DNA of 64,000 nucleotides from Candidatus Dormiibacterota bacterium (lineage in GTDB: Bacteria > Chloroflexota > Dormibacteria > Aeolococcales > Aeolococcaceae): NCBI GenBank assembly GCA_963709585.1, contig CAVPXI010000016.1, positions 1 through 64,000 of the forward strand, in the 5' to 3' direction. The notes beneath the pieces are model-generated. The model had not been told where the DNA came from. It did not search any database and was given only the letters and a program-made list of their open reading frames with translations. Positions 48,010 through 59,045 of the stretch are shown one piece after another. Numbering within the stretch: the stretch's first letter is position 1; each line of letters begins with the position of its first letter. A program made the position numbers and the translations under genes.

Positions 48010-49577
48010 GCCGGCAGATGCTCCACGTCGAGAATGCCCTGAAAGATCCAGTCGTCCAGGCGCGCCTGTCGAAGCTGGTCGCCGTGGAGGATGGGGTGAA
48101 TTCCCTTCCACCGCTCCTCGAGGAAGTCGAGCAGCGTCCGATTTGCACCTGCCTCGTCGACAGTCCCGCCCTGGTGCAGGATGCCGGTGGCGCGATAGAT
48201 GCAGAACCCACCCTGACAGGGCCCCATCGCCAGTCTCAGCAGACGGCGAATGTCGTCGAGGCTCGTGGTGTCGCGTTGCTTGATCGCGTCCTCGAGGCGA
48301 GCTCTGGTGATCAACTCGCACTCGCAGATGATCTCCTCGGCCTGAGGGACGGGCTCGCGCGCGGCCAGGCGGTGGCCGATCTGGTACAGCGCGTGACTCT
48401 CGGAACCCGCGAGCGGCACCTCAGCTGTCGTGCACGCACGGGGCCCGCCGAGCTGCTGACACGCGGCGTCGACAGCAGCCTCCGCCATCAGCCGGAACGT
48501 CGTCGTCTTCCCGCCGGTGATGGTGAGGAAGCCCGCGACGCCTTCGCGCGACGAGTGATCGAGGAGCGCATGCGAGCGGGTCACGTCTCGCGTTTCCGCG
48601 ACCTTCGCGGTGTCCTCGAACAGCGGGCGGACACCGGCCCACGCATGCAGGGCTCGAGCCTGGCGAAATCCGGGCACGAGCTTCTCTCCCTCGTCGAGGA
48701 GAAGGTCGATATCGGCCTGACGGATCTCGGTCTCGTCGGGATCGGGGACGAACACGTCGGTGGTGCCGATCACACACGCGGTGCGGAGCGGCAGGAGGAT
48801 GTCACCGTCCGCCGGTCGCTTGCATCGATTGACACACATGTGGACGAGCCGGTGGTTCATCGCGATCATCAGTCCCATCCCGGCCCGTACGTTGACCGTG
48901 CAATGTGCCAGCTCCGCGATCTGCCCGGCCCAGGCGCCCGCCGCGTTGATGACAACAGTGGCGTGAATGCGGAATTCCTCGCCACTGCGCTCGCTGCGAA
49001 CGTGGGCTCCCACGACCCGGTCGCCATCGACCTCGAGGTCGAGAACACGGTGATACGGAAGGATGCGCGCCCCGCGGTCCTCCGCCGACCGAGCGCAACC
49101 CCAGACCAGCTTCCAGGGGTCCAGCGAAGCGTCCGGAACCAGGAACGCACGCCGGATGTCGGGGTTGACGCGTGGCTCCATGCGGAGCGCCTCCGCAACA
49201 GGGATCTCCTCAGCTGGAACGCCGGTCGCCCTGCAGCCCTCGAGGAACAGGTCGCCGTACTCCGGGTCGTCCAATGGGGTGGCCACGAACATGCCACCTG
49301 TGTCCTCAACGCAGTCCGCTGCTGTGACACGGAGAATCCGGTTCTCGGCGATGCACTCGCGCGCGGCTGAAGGGTCTTTGACCGCGTAGCGACCGCCGGA
49401 GTGGAGCAGGCCGTGAAATCGACCCGTGGTTCCGTCGGCGAGATCTCGCCGCTCCACAAGGATGGTCGAGAAGCCACGCAACGCGGCGTCCCGCGCAACG
49501 CCGGCACCCGTCGAGCCTCCCCCGATGACCAGGACGTCAGCCTCGAGCGATGTCGTCGACGAGTTCTGCGTTGCCAT
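48006..49577 (-). CDS. glpA: Anaerobic glycerol-3-phosphate dehydrogenase subunit A
   Basis: GGGSTGAG, GTTGRFHGLLHSGGRY, ITGGK, CECE...MGPCQGGFC BFD-like domain. Confidence 0.94.
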   Translation of the reverse strand: MATQNSSTTSLEADVLVIGGGSTGAGVARDAALRGFSTILVERRDLADGTTGRFHGLLHSGGRYAVKDPSAARECIAENRILRVTAADCVEDTGGMFVATPLDDPEYGDLFLEGCRATGVPAEEIPVAEALRMEPRVNPDIRRAFLVPDASLDPWKLVWGCARSAEDRGARILPYHRVLDLEVDGDRVVGAHVRSERSGEEFRIHATVVINAAGAWAGQIAELAHCTVNVRAGMGLMIAMNHRLVHMCVNRCKRPADGDILLPLRTACVIGTTDVFVPDPDETEIRQADIDLLLDEGEKLVPGFRQARALHAWAGVRPLFEDTAKVAETRDVTRSHALLDHSSREGVAGFLTITGGKTTTFRLMAEAAVDAACQQLGGPRACTTAEVPLAGSESHALYQIGHRLAAREPVPQAEEIICECELITRARLEDAIKQRDTTSLDDIRRLLRLAMGPCQGGFCIYRATGILHQGGTVDEAGANRTLLDFLEERWKGIHPILHGDQLRQARLDDWIFQGILDVEHLPA

Positions 49578-49637
49578 TGGCACTAAGCGTATCGAGTCGG
49601 CGGCGCCGATCCCTCCACCACTCGGGACGTCCCCGAT

Positions 49638-49913
49638 CTAGGACGGATGCGAGTCCTCCTCCTCCTGGCCCTCAGCAAAGTCGCCCTTGTTCTCCGGAAG
49701 CTCGGGGTGGTGATCGACCTCCTCCTGGCCTTCCGCGAAGCTGCCCTCGTGAACGGGCTTGGCGGCCTCCTCGCCCGTGGCGAAGTCGCCCTCCTCCTCC
49801 TCGCGCTCAGGGTGATGCTCCATCGTCTCCTCGCCGGTGGCGAAGGAGCCCTGATGCCCGTGCTCGTGCTCGTCCGCGGCGGGGACGCCTTCAGGCTCCT
49901 GACCCTCGCTCAT
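49638..49913 (-). CDS. 91-aa acidic, His-rich repeat protein
   Basis: AAAGGAGG RBS; four G[S/D]FA[T/E]G[E/Q]E units and two HHPE. Confidence 0.75.
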   Translation of the reverse strand: MSEGQEPEGVPAADEHEHGHQGSFATGEETMEHHPEREEEEGDFATGEEAAKPVHEGSFAEGQEEVDHHPELPENKGDFAEGQEEEDSHPS

Positions 49914-49960
49914 GGTGGACCTCCTTTCAGCCTGGCTCTCGCCAGTTCGGTCGCTGGCAG

Positions 49961-50015
49961 CCTCCGGGGACCCCGGTCGACGCCCACGATGACGCCGCCG
50001 GGGTTCCCGCGGAGG
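49961..50015 (-). terminator. Strong GC stem-loop after glpK (terminator or mRNA-stability element)
   Basis: CCTCCGGGGACCCCGG pairs with CCGGGGTTCCCGCGGAGG; no U-tract. Confidence 0.5.
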
Positions 50016-50037
50016 ACCAAATTTCAGTCTGCTCCAG

Positions 50038-51529
50038 TCACTCGGCCCAGTCGAAGGTCCGCGTGACAGCCTTCTTCCAGAGCGCGTACTCGCGGTCCAC
50101 ATCGGCCTTGTTCATGCTCGGGGTCCATTCCTTGTCCTTGCCCCAGTTCTCGCGGAGGTCTTCGACCTGCGCCCAGAATCCGACCGCGAGCCCTGCGGCG
50201 TATGCGGCACCGAGCGACGTGGTCTCGGCGACGGTCGGACGTACCACCGGCACGCCGAGCACGTCGGACTGGAACTGCATCAGCGTGTCGTTGAACACCA
50301 TGCCGCCGTCGACCTTGAGCGAGGTCAGCGCGACCCCGGAATCGGCGTTCATGGCGTCGACGATCTCACGCGTCTGCCACGCCGTCGCCTCGAGCGCGGC
50401 GCGGGCTATATGGCCCTTGTTGACGTAGCGCGTCAGGCCTGCGATGACGCCGCGAGCACTGGACTTCCAGTACGGAGCGTAGAGGCCTGAGAACGCCGGC
50501 ACGAAGTACGCGCCGCCGTTGTCATCAACTGTCTTGGCGAGCACCTCGATGTCCGAAGACTTCTCGATCATGCCCAGGTTGTCGCGCAGCCACTGGACCA
50601 GGGCGCCGGTGATCGCGATGGAACCCTCGAGGCAGTATGTGGCGTCGGCGCTGCCCATCTTGTACGCCAGCGTTGTGAGCAGGCCGTTCTTCGACTGGAC
50701 TGGCTTGGTGCCCGTGTTGAGGAGCAGGAAGTTCCCGGTCCCATATGTGTTTTTCGCCTCGCCGACCGCAAAGCAGGTCTGCCCGAACAGGGCTGCCTGC
50801 TGATCGCCGAGGTCACCCGCGACCGGTATTCCGGCAAGCACGCCCTTGGCCTCCCCATAGGTCTCGCTCGACGCCCGAATCGCTGGGAGCATGGACCTGG
50901 GAATGGTCATCGTGGCCAGGATCTCATCGTCCCAATCGAGCGTGTTGAGATTCATGAGCATGGTCCGGCTTGCGTTGGTCACGTCGGTGACGTGCTTGCC
51001 ACCGTCGGTCCCTCCGGTGAGCAGCCAGATCAGCCATGCGTCGATGTTGCCGAAGGCGAGCTCGCCACGCTCCGCCTTGGCCCTCGCTCCGTCGACGTTA
51101 TCCAGGATCCACTTGACCTTTGGACCCGAGAAGTAGGTTGCCAGCGGCAGGCCCACCTTCGCGCGAAAGCGGTCCTGGCCACCGTCCGCGGACAGCTGGT
51201 CGACGATCTTGTCGGTGCGCGTGTCCTGCCAGACGATCGCGTTGTAGACAGGCTTACCGGTGCCACGGTCCCAGACGACCGTTGTCTCACGCTGATTGGT
51301 GATTCCGACGGCCGCGATATCACCGATATCCACCTTGCCGAGGCCGGCTTTTCACGACCTCCTGGGTCCGGTCCCAGATTTCGAGCGGGTTGTGCTCGAC
51401 CCAGCCCGGCTTGGGGAAGATCTGCTCGTGTTCCTTCTGATCGACAGAGACGACCTTGCCGCTGTGGTCGAACACCATGAAGCGCGTGCTCGTGGTGCCC
51501 TGATCGATAGCTGCTGCGTATTTCGCCAT
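50038..51529 (-). CDS. glpK: Glycerol kinase 1; apparent +1 frameshift in an A4 run at ~51349-51352
   Basis: [15 protein letters not shown] in one frame; [28 protein letters not shown] in the next. Confidence 0.9.
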
Positions 51530-51586
51530 TCTTAATCCCTTTCGCCCGTATGGCGTTCAGAGTCGCTCAGCGCCTAGCGACATGTC

Positions 51587-52309
51587 CTAACCGATGGGAA
51601 GTTGGTGCGCAACGATGGCGCCCAGGATGCCGCCGACGATCGGCCCCACCACCGGTATCAGGGCGTACTCCCAGTCGGATGAGCCCTTGCCGGGGATCGG
51701 CAGGAGGAAGTGGGCGATGCGGGGCATGAGGTCGCGGGCAGGGTTGATCGCGTACCCGGTCGGACCGCCCAGGGAGAGGCCGATCGCGAAGACCAGCAAG
51801 CCGATGATCAGCGGCGCGAGTCCACCGACCAGGCCATTTCCCTTGGAGGTGATGGCAACGACCCCGAAGACGAGCACGAAGGTGCCGATGACCTCGCTGA
51901 TGAAGTTGAACGCTGGGTTGCGGATAGCAGGGCCCGTGCAGAAGACCGCGAGCTTCAGACCAGGATCCTCGGTCTCCTTCCAGTGGTGGCTGTAATGAAC
52001 CCACACCAGGACCGCCCCGATGAACGCTCCCACCAGCTCTCCGCCGATGTACGACGGAACGTTCGACCAGTCGGTCACGCCGATGACCGCCAGCCCAAGC
52101 GTTACCGCGGGGTTGAGGTGCGCGCCGTCGAACTGACCCACGGCATACACGGCCATCGCGACGGCCATCGCCCACCCGAAGGTGATGACGATCCACCCAC
52201 TGTTCTGGGCCTTCGACTTGGACAGCAATACGCCGGCGACGACGCCATCTCCCAAGAGGATCAGTAGGCCAGTACCGATGACCTCCGAGAAAAAGATATG
52301 GCCAGGCAT
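51587..52309 (-). CDS. glpF: Glycerol uptake facilitator (MIP)
   Basis: HLNPAVT and GYAINPARD NPA motifs; AAGGAGG RBS. Confidence 0.93.
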   Translation of the reverse strand: MPGHIFFSEVIGTGLLILLGDGVVAGVLLSKSKAQNSGWIVITFGWAMAVAMAVYAVGQFDGAHLNPAVTLGLAVIGVTDWSNVPSYIGGELVGAFIGAVLVWVHYSHHWKETEDPGLKLAVFCTGPAIRNPAFNFISEVIGTFVLVFGVVAITSKGNGLVGGLAPLIIGLLVFAIGLSLGGPTGYAINPARDLMPRIAHFLLPIPGKGSSDWEYALIPVVGPIVGGILGAIVAHQLPIG

Positions 52310-52356
52310 TAGTGCCACCTCCTTGGCGCGATCTCTGCCCCTGATTGGGTGTGCGG

Positions 52357-52406
52357 ACAGTACCCTCGGTCGTAGGGCATTGTCAATCACCTTTGGCAAT
52401 GGCCCT
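52357..52406. promoter_or_regulatory. glpF promoter with putative GylR-type operator
   Basis: Minus strand TTGACA-N18-TACTGT; operator-like ATTGACAATGCCCTA (52373-52387, minus) and TTTGGCAATGGCC. Confidence 0.5.
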
Positions 52407-52441
52407 TTTGCCCGATTAAGGAATTGATAGGCTTAGGGCCC

Positions 52442-53206
52442 GTGCCCAAGCCGATCCAATCCATCGAACGAGCCTCGGCCATCCTCCGGCTGCTCTCCGG
52501 GCGAACCCGCCGGCTGAGCCTCGCCGAGGTGGCCGGCGAGCTGGGGCTTCCCAAGGGCACGGTCTACGGCATCATGCGCACGCTCCTGTCGGTGGGCTTC
52601 GTCGAGCAGGATCCGGAGTCCGGCAAGTACCGCATCGGCGCTGCGCTGCTCCACCTGGGGAGCAGCTACCTCGATGGCAACGAGCTGCGCACGCGCGCAC
52701 TCAACTGGGCGGACTGGCTGGCTGCGCGCACCAACGAGAGCGTGCGCCTGGGCACCTTGCACGACGGTCACGTCCTCCTCGTCCATCACGTGTTCCGTCC
52801 CGACAACAGCCCGCAGGTTCTCGAGGTGGGCGCGCTGCTGCCGATCCATGCGACCGCGATGGGCAAGGTGCTGCTCGCGTATCACCCCTACCTGGCAGCG
52901 GAGCTCAGCAACGGCGCGCTGCAGCGTTTCACGAATTGCACGATCACCGATCCCACGCGGCTCGCGCTCGAGCTCGAGCACGTGCAGGAACAGGGATGGG
53001 CTTCATCGGTCGAAGAGCTCATCGAAGGCGAGACGTCGTGCGCTGCGCCGATACGTGACCGGCAAGGTGTCGCGGTCGGCGCCATCGCCATCTCCGGGCC
53101 GACCGAACGACTCTGTGACGGCTCGCAACTCCGCAGCGAGCTCGTGTCCTACGTCCGCGAAGGAGCACGCACGATCTCGCGCGACCTGGGAGCAGTTCCG
53201 TGGTGA
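52442..53206 (+). CDS. gylR: IclR-family regulator (GylR-like)
   Basis: IQSIERA, LPKGTV, VHHVFRPD, HATAMGK; divergent from glpF. Confidence 0.88.
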   Translation: MPKPIQSIERASAILRLLSGRTRRLSLAEVAGELGLPKGTVYGIMRTLLSVGFVEQDPESGKYRIGAALLHLGSSYLDGNELRTRALNWADWLAARTNESVRLGTLHDGHVLLVHHVFRPDNSPQVLEVGALLPIHATAMGKVLLAYHPYLAAELSNGALQRFTNCTITDPTRLALELEHVQEQGWASSVEELIEGETSCAAPIRDRQGVAVGAIAISGPTERLCDGSQLRSELVSYVREGARTISRDLGAVPW

Positions 53207-53371
53207 AGTCACGCAGTATCAGCCGGCACGAGGGACAACGCTCTTGAAACGCAATCTGCTGCGACTTATGGTCGCCCCGCGCAGCGAGGGCGACGGCCGT
53301 CATCACAGGGCGATGGACAGAAATGTCAGCCGCTCCACAGCCGCGTGGAAATCTGCGTGGAGCCGCGAGCG

Positions 53372-54865
53372 TTGAGCGACCGATACGTTGCCGCGATCGA
53401 TCAGGGAACGTCTTCCTCGCGATGCCTGGTATTTGATCAGCAGGGTCGGATCGTTTCGCTCAGCCAGAAGGAACACGAGCAGATATTTCCGCGACCGGGT
53501 TGGGTCGAGCACGATCCTCGCGAGATCCTGCGCAACGTCATCGAGGTCGTGCACGGCGCCCTCGAGAGCGGCGGCATCGATGTACGCGACCTCGTCGCGG
53601 TCGGCATCGCGAATCAGCGTGAGACCACCGTGGTCTGGGACCCGCACACCGGCGAGCCGGTGCACAACGCGATCGTCTGGCAGGACACGCGCACCGACGC
53701 GCTGTGCCGGAAGCTTGGCGCCGAGCACGGTCAGGATCGATTCCGCGACCTGTGCGGGCTGCCGCTCGCGACCTACTTCTCCGGGCCGAAGGTGAGCTGG
53801 CTGCTCGACAGCGCTCCAGGTCTGCGCCGGCGAGCCGAGGAGGGCGACCTGCTGTTCGGGACGATGGACAGCTGGCTCGTCTGGAATCTCACCGGTCGCC
53901 ACGTCACCGACGTCACCAATGCAAGCCGCACGATGCTGATGAACCTCGAGACGCTCGACTGGGATGACACGCTGCTCGAGGCGATCGGGGTCCCGCGGGC
54001 CATGTTGCCGGAGATCCAACCCTCGTCGAGGATCTACGGTGAAGCCGTCGACTCGCTCGGCGGCGTGCCCATCGCCGCCGCCCTCGGTGATCAGCAGGCG
54101 GCGCTGTTCGGGCAGACGTGCTTTTCGGCCGGCGAGGCCAAGTGCACGTACGGCACGGGCAGCTTCCTGCTGCTCAACACCGGGAACCGACCGGTCCTCT
54201 CCGGACACGGTTTGATCACGACCGTCGGATCCAAGATCGGAGACGAACCCGCGACCTACGCGCTCGAAGGGTCGATCGCGGTCACGGGGGCGCTCGTGCA
54301 GTGGTTCCGCGACAAGGTGGGGCTGATCGGCAGCGCACCCGAGGTCGAAACCCTCGCTCGAACCGTCGACGACAACGGCGGCATCTACTTCGTCCCCGCG
54401 TTCTCGGGGTTGTTCGCTCCCCATTGGCGCGGCGACGCCCGCGGCGTCATCGCCGGGCTAACGGGCTACGTCACCAAGGGCCACCTCGCCCGCGCGGTAC
54501 TCGAAGCCACCGCGTGGCAGACGCGCGAAGTCGTCGACGCGATGAATGCCGATTCGGGCATCGAGCTGAGCTCGCTGAAGGCTGACGGCGGGATGACCGC
54601 CAACAACCTGTTGATGCAGTTCCTGGCTGACGTGCTCGGCGTGCCGGTGGTGCGACCAATCGTCGCCGAGACCGTTTCGCTCGGCGCCGCATACGCCGCC
54701 GGTCTCGCGGTCGGGTTCTGGCCCGACATCGAGAGTCTCCGGGCAAACTGGCACAAGGCCGCGGAGTGGATCCCGAACATGGACCCGGTCGATCGCGACC
54801 GGGGCTATCGCAAGTGGAAGAAGGCTGTGCAGCGCACCCTCGACTGGGTCGACGACGACGACTGA
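53372..54865 (+). CDS. glpK: Glycerol kinase 2
   Basis: [31 protein letters not shown]; TTG start after GGAG. Confidence 0.93.
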   Translation: MSDRYVAAIDQGTSSSRCLVFDQQGRIVSLSQKEHEQIFPRPGWVEHDPREILRNVIEVVHGALESGGIDVRDLVAVGIANQRETTVVWDPHTGEPVHNAIVWQDTRTDALCRKLGAEHGQDRFRDLCGLPLATYFSGPKVSWLLDSAPGLRRRAEEGDLLFGTMDSWLVWNLTGRHVTDVTNASRTMLMNLETLDWDDTLLEAIGVPRAMLPEIQPSSRIYGEAVDSLGGVPIAAALGDQQAALFGQTCFSAGEAKCTYGTGSFLLLNTGNRPVLSGHGLITTVGSKIGDEPATYALEGSIAVTGALVQWFRDKVGLIGSAPEVETLARTVDDNGGIYFVPAFSGLFAPHWRGDARGVIAGLTGYVTKGHLARAVLEATAWQTREVVDAMNADSGIELSSLKADGGMTANNLLMQFLADVLGVPVVRPIVAETVSLGAAYAAGLAVGFWPDIESLRANWHKAAEWIPNMDPVDRDRGYRKWKKAVQRTLDWVDDDD

Positions 54866-54877
54866 CGTCGACGCAGG

Positions 54878-55405
54878 CTAGATGACGAAGCGCCGGTAGC
54901 GCCAGAGGTAATCGAGGCCGCTCAGCACGGTGGCGATCACCGCGATCCAGATGAACGCCACAGCCGGGGGCATCAGCCACGGATACGGCTGGGCAAGGAT
55001 GATCAACAGGATCATGCAGTTCTGGGTCAGGGTCTTCGACTTGCCCCACGGCGTGGAGCTGACCACCACGCCCTGGGCGGCGGCGACCGATCGCAGCCCG
55101 GTGATCAGAAATTCGCGAGCGGCGACGACGACCACGACCCATGCCGGGAGCAGAGATTGCGTGGCGAGGATCACCAGAACGGTGATCACCAGGAGCTTGT
55201 CTGCAAGCGGGTCGAGGAACTTGCCCAGCTCGGTCACGAGGTTGCGGCTTCGTGCGATCCGTCCATCGAGCGTGTCGGTTGCCGCGGCGGTGACGTAGGC
55301 GACGGCACTGATCTGGTAGTGGTCGGTGAAATCGACCGCCAGAAAGGCGCCGATCACCGGGACCAGGAGGATCCGCAGGATCGTCAGCTGGTTGGGGATC
55401 GTCAT
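54878..55405 (-). CDS. pgsA: CDP-diacylglycerol--glycerol-3-phosphate 3-phosphatidyltransferase
   Basis: PNQLTILR, DTLDGRIAR...GKFLDPLADK, REFLITGLR. Confidence 0.9.
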   Translation of the reverse strand: MTIPNQLTILRILLVPVIGAFLAVDFTDHYQISAVAYVTAAATDTLDGRIARSRNLVTELGKFLDPLADKLLVITVLVILATQSLLPAWVVVVVAAREFLITGLRSVAAAQGVVVSSTPWGKSKTLTQNCMILLIILAQPYPWLMPPAVAFIWIAVIATVLSGLDYLWRYRRFVI

Positions 55406-55488
55406 GTGCCGCGTCACCGCGTCAGTGTGCATCCGACCTTCCGCAACGGGGCAGGGCGTGTCTCGGAGATTGCATCTAGAATCGCTGG

Positions 55489-56154
55489 GTGAGCCTCCTG
55501 ACCATTGTGCTTTTGGGGGTGGCCGGATACGTGCTCGGGAGTCTCCCATGGGGATACTGGCTCTCGAGGTTCTTCACGGGGAAGGACATACGCCAGGTTG
55601 GGAGCAGGGGTACTGGGGCGGCGAACGTCTGGCGCCACGCCGGTTTCAAGATGTTCTTCGCCGTTGCGTTGCTGGACATCGGGAAGGGTTCGGCGGCCGC
55701 GGCCCTCGGCCTTGCCGCCGGCGGTCGCTGGGGAGCGGTGATTGCCGGCACTGCCGCTTTGATCGGCCACTGGCGGCCCCTGTTCCTCGGCTGCAGGCGC
55801 GGGGGCAAGATCGTCGCGACCACCGTCGGCGTCGCGCTGGTGATCGCGCCGCTCGCATCGGTGGTGATGGCGGTCGTCTGGTGGATGGTGCTCCTCGCCA
55901 CCCGCTACACCTCGGTGGCCTCGATCGCCGCGTCACTGGCGCTGCCCCCGCTGGTCCTGGCCTTCGGTGGCTCGTGGCCCGAGGTGCTCTTCACGCTCGG
56001 CGCCGCGGCGGCCATCATCGTGCTCCATCGCGCCAACATCGAGCGGCTGGCACGCGGAACCGAAAACCGGTTCGCGCTGCGTCTGCCCGGACTGCGCCGG
56101 CGCGCTCCGTCGCCGGTCGCAGCTGTGCCGCCGCCGATCGCACGCCCCCAATGA
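55489..56154 (+). CDS. plsY: Glycerol-3-phosphate acyltransferase
   Basis: GSLPWGY, GSRGTGAAN, DIGKG, GH..PLF..GGK.VAT, HRANIERL. Confidence 0.92.
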   Translation: MSLLTIVLLGVAGYVLGSLPWGYWLSRFFTGKDIRQVGSRGTGAANVWRHAGFKMFFAVALLDIGKGSAAAALGLAAGGRWGAVIAGTAALIGHWRPLFLGCRRGGKIVATTVGVALVIAPLASVVMAVVWWMVLLATRYTSVASIAASLALPPLVLAFGGSWPEVLFTLGAAAAIIVLHRANIERLARGTENRFALRLPGLRRRAPSPVAAVPPPIARPQ

Positions 56155-56165
56155 GGCGACCGTCC

Positions 56166-57197
56166 CTAGGCAGGTCTGGACGCGTTCGCTGACGAGTCGG
56201 TGAAGCCGGGGAGCGGCCGCAGGATCAGGCCCTGCTCGATGTACCAACTGACCGTCCGGCGCATCGTGGTCTCGATCGGGGTGTAGACCAGGCCGAGGTC
56301 CCTGGCCGCAGTCGACCCGTCGTATGCGGAGCCCTCGATCAGGGTGCGAACCATCTCACGACAGAAGCGGGTCGGCCTCCCGCGAATACGGGCGACCAGT
56401 TCGATGCACGCGGAGGCGGCGAGCGCGAGCCCAGGGGCGAGGAATCGCGGGGGATCGTCGAGCCCGGTGAGGCGGGAGAGGAGGGCGAGCCCGCTGCGCA
56501 GCGTCATCGAGGCCCCGCACAGCAGGTACCGCTCCCCGGGAACGCCGCGCTCCTCGGCGAGCAGATGGCCGCGGGTGCAGTCGGCGATGTCGATGACGTT
56601 CAGCGGCCCGTCGACCGCGGCGGGGAGCTTGCCGTTGAGATACCCGATCAGCAGCCGAGCTGTCCCGCTGGTCCGCCCCGGCCCTTGCACCGACGCCGGG
56701 TTGACGCAGACGACGGCGAGCCCGGTGTTCGCCGAGGCTTCGAGGATCGCCTGCTCAGCCTCGTACTTCGATCGAGCGTAGTTCGAGAGAAACCGTCGGG
56801 AGCCGCGACGACCGCCGGCTCCTCCCGCTGATGGGACGTCGAGGGTCGCTGCCGACGACGTGTAGACCAGCCTGGCGACGCCGGCCGCGCTGGCAGCGAG
56901 CACGACCGTTCGAGATCCGGCCACGTTGACCTCGAACATCGGCCGGGAGTCGGGCACGCAGAACGCGTTCACCCCGGCTGCGTGGTAGACGACCGTGCAT
57001 CCCTCGAACCCGGTCTCGAGCGCCGACCGGTCGCGCAGATCGCCGCGCACCGGCTCTGCGCCGATCGCAATCAGGCGCTGGGCGGCGGAGTTGGAGCGGG
57101 CGAGTGCCCGCACCGGGCGGCCGGCGGCGACCAGCTCTTCGACGATCGATCTCCCGAGGAACCCGGTCGCCCCCGTCACGAAAGCCCTGTCAGCCAT
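56166..57197 (-). CDS. NAD-dependent epimerase/dehydratase (HpnA/DFR-like)
   Basis: TGATGFLG, YTSS, YARSK, GERYLL. Confidence 0.85.
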   Translation of the reverse strand: MADRAFVTGATGFLGRSIVEELVAAGRPVRALARSNSAAQRLIAIGAEPVRGDLRDRSALETGFEGCTVVYHAAGVNAFCVPDSRPMFEVNVAGSRTVVLAASAAGVARLVYTSSAATLDVPSAGGAGGRRGSRRFLSNYARSKYEAEQAILEASANTGLAVVCVNPASVQGPGRTSGTARLLIGYLNGKLPAAVDGPLNVIDIADCTRGHLLAEERGVPGERYLLCGASMTLRSGLALLSRLTGLDDPPRFLAPGLALAASACIELVARIRGRPTRFCREMVRTLIEGSAYDGSTAARDLGLVYTPIETTMRRTVSWYIEQGLILRPLPGFTDSSANASRPA

Positions 57198-57291
57198 GGA
57201 GAACGGAGCCTACGCCGTCGCCTCGGGGACCCTGCCGAGCCCAGCCGAGGCCGAGTTCACTTGACCGTCTCGGACCATCTCGACAAACCCA

Positions 57292-57346
57292 TTGACAGCA
57301 CCCTTGCCAAAAGAGTAATTTCCGACCAACGTTCGATAATGTCGAA
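57292..57346 (+). promoter_or_regulatory. dhaK promoter and IclR-type operator
   Basis: TTGACA 57292-57297; palindrome TTCGA-TAATG-TCGAA 57332-57346; AGGAG follows. Confidence 0.6.
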
Positions 57347-57385
57347 TAACAGGAGTGTCGAGCCATGGCCACAGCCACCAGGCGC

Positions 57386-58387
57386 ATGCGGAAGATCATC
57401 AACGAGCCGGACCAGGTCGTCAAAGAATCGCTCGCCGGGCTTGCCGCCTCCGTTCCCAACCTGCTGCGCTACGACGTCGCGAATCAGATCCTGGTGCGGG
57501 TGGACGCGCCGGTCAAGGGAAAGGTCGCGCTGATCTCGGGTGGTGGATCCGGGCACGAGCCGCTCCATGGCGGCTTCGTCGGCGTCGGCATGCTCGATGC
57601 GGCGTGCCCGGGCGAGGTGTTCACCTCCCCGGTCCCGGACCAGATGCTCGCCGCCACCAAGGCTGTGAACGGTGGGGCGGGGGTCATCCACATCGTCAAG
57701 AACTACACCGGTGACGTCCTGAACTTCAAGATGGCCGCCGACGAGGCTTCCGAAGAGGGCATCAAGGTCGACACGATCGTCATCGACGACGACGTCGCCG
57801 TCCAGGACTCGCTGTACACCGCCGGGCGTCGCGGCGTCGGTGCGACCGTGCTCGCCGAGAAGATCGCGGGTGCCGCCGCGGAGCGTGGCGATGCCCTCGA
57901 AGCGGTGGCAGACGTCGTGCGCCATGTCAATGCTCGGGCACGCTCCTTCGGCATCGCGCTGTCGTCGTGCATCCCACCAGCGTCCGGCAAGCCCATCTTC
58001 GATCTTCCCGAAGGCGAGATGGAAGTCGGCATCGGTATCCACGGCGAGCCGGGACGCCGTCGTGCGCCACTCGGCAGTGCCGCCGAGATCGCGGACATCA
58101 TGGTCGAGGCTGTCACCTCCGACCTTGCTGCCAAAGCTGGCTCAAACGTGCTCGCCTTTGTCAACGGCATGGGTGGCACCCCGCTGCTCGAGCTCTACCT
58201 GCTTTACGGCGAGGTGGAGAAGCGCCTGCGGGCTGCCGGGCTCACGCCCGTGCGTAACCTCGTCGGCAGCTACATCACGTCGCTCGAGATGGCCGGAGCT
58301 TCGCTGACGGTCCTCGAGCTCGACGAGAACCTCACGGCGCTGTGGGACGCGCCCGTGCACACCGCCGCGCTTCGCTGGGGAGGCTGA
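57386..58387 (+). CDS. dhaK: Dihydroxyacetone kinase subunit K
   Basis: SGGGSGHEP, KNYTGD, GRRG, GIHGEPG; start could be 57365. Confidence 0.95.
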   Translation: MRKIINEPDQVVKESLAGLAASVPNLLRYDVANQILVRVDAPVKGKVALISGGGSGHEPLHGGFVGVGMLDAACPGEVFTSPVPDQMLAATKAVNGGAGVIHIVKNYTGDVLNFKMAADEASEEGIKVDTIVIDDDVAVQDSLYTAGRRGVGATVLAEKIAGAAAERGDALEAVADVVRHVNARARSFGIALSSCIPPASGKPIFDLPEGEMEVGIGIHGEPGRRRAPLGSAAEIADIMVEAVTSDLAAKAGSNVLAFVNGMGGTPLLELYLLYGEVEKRLRAAGLTPVRNLVGSYITSLEMAGASLTVLELDENLTALWDAPVHTAALRWGG

Positions 58388-58412
58388 TGCTATCGTGGCG
58401 GTCGCTATAGCA

Positions 58413-59045
58413 ATGAACTCGCAGACCGTCACGGCGTGGATGAACGAGATCGCCGCATCGGTTCGCGCCGAGCGGGACTATCTGGTCCAGCTCGACGCGG
58501 CGATCGGCGATGGCGACCACGGCATCAACCTGAATCGCGGGTTCGATGCCGTGACGCTCGCTTTGAGCACTGAGCCGGATGGAACCCCGGGCAAGCTGCT
58601 GATCCTTTCCGGCAAGACGCTGATCTCCACGGTCGGCGGCGCCAGCGGTCCGCTCTGGGGATCGGCGCTGCGCAAGGCGGGACGCGCCCTGGGCGATGAA
58701 CCGACCTTCGATCTGGCCCAACTCGTCGATGCGATGGCTGCGGCACTCGCATCGATTCAGGACCTGGGCGCGGCTGTGCCGGGTGACAAGACCATGGTCG
58801 ACGCGCTCGAGCCGGCGGTGACGGCGATGCGAGCGGGGCTCGCACGCGGCGCGTCGAGTGGGGAAATGCTTCGCTCCGCGGCGGAGGCGGCGGAGGCGGG
58901 GATGCGGGCAACCATCCCCATGCAGGCGCGCAAGGGACGCGCGTCCTACCTCGGCGAACGCTCGATCGGACATCAGGACCCGGGAGCGACCTCGACCGCC
59001 ATGATCATCCGCGCCCTGGAACGGACGGTAGCGGGCACTCCTTAA
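58413..59045 (+). CDS. dhaL: Dihydroxyacetone kinase subunit L
   Basis: LDAAIGDGDHG, GGASGPL, GDKTMVD, GRASYLGERS.GH.DPGA. Confidence 0.95.
   Translation: MNSQTVTAWMNEIAASVRAERDYLVQLDAAIGDGDHGINLNRGFDAVTLALSTEPDGTPGKLLILSGKTLISTVGGASGPLWGSALRKAGRALGDEPTFDLAQLVDAMAAALASIQDLGAAVPGDKTMVDALEPAVTAMRAGLARGASSGEMLRSAAEAAEAGMRATIPMQARKGRASYLGERSIGHQDPGATSTAMIIRALERTVAGTP

Noticed and set aside
50038-54865. Inverted similarity between the two glpK genes as a mobile element or misassembly
   Set aside because: They are diverged paralogs with indels and many substitutions; no transposase or terminal repeats.
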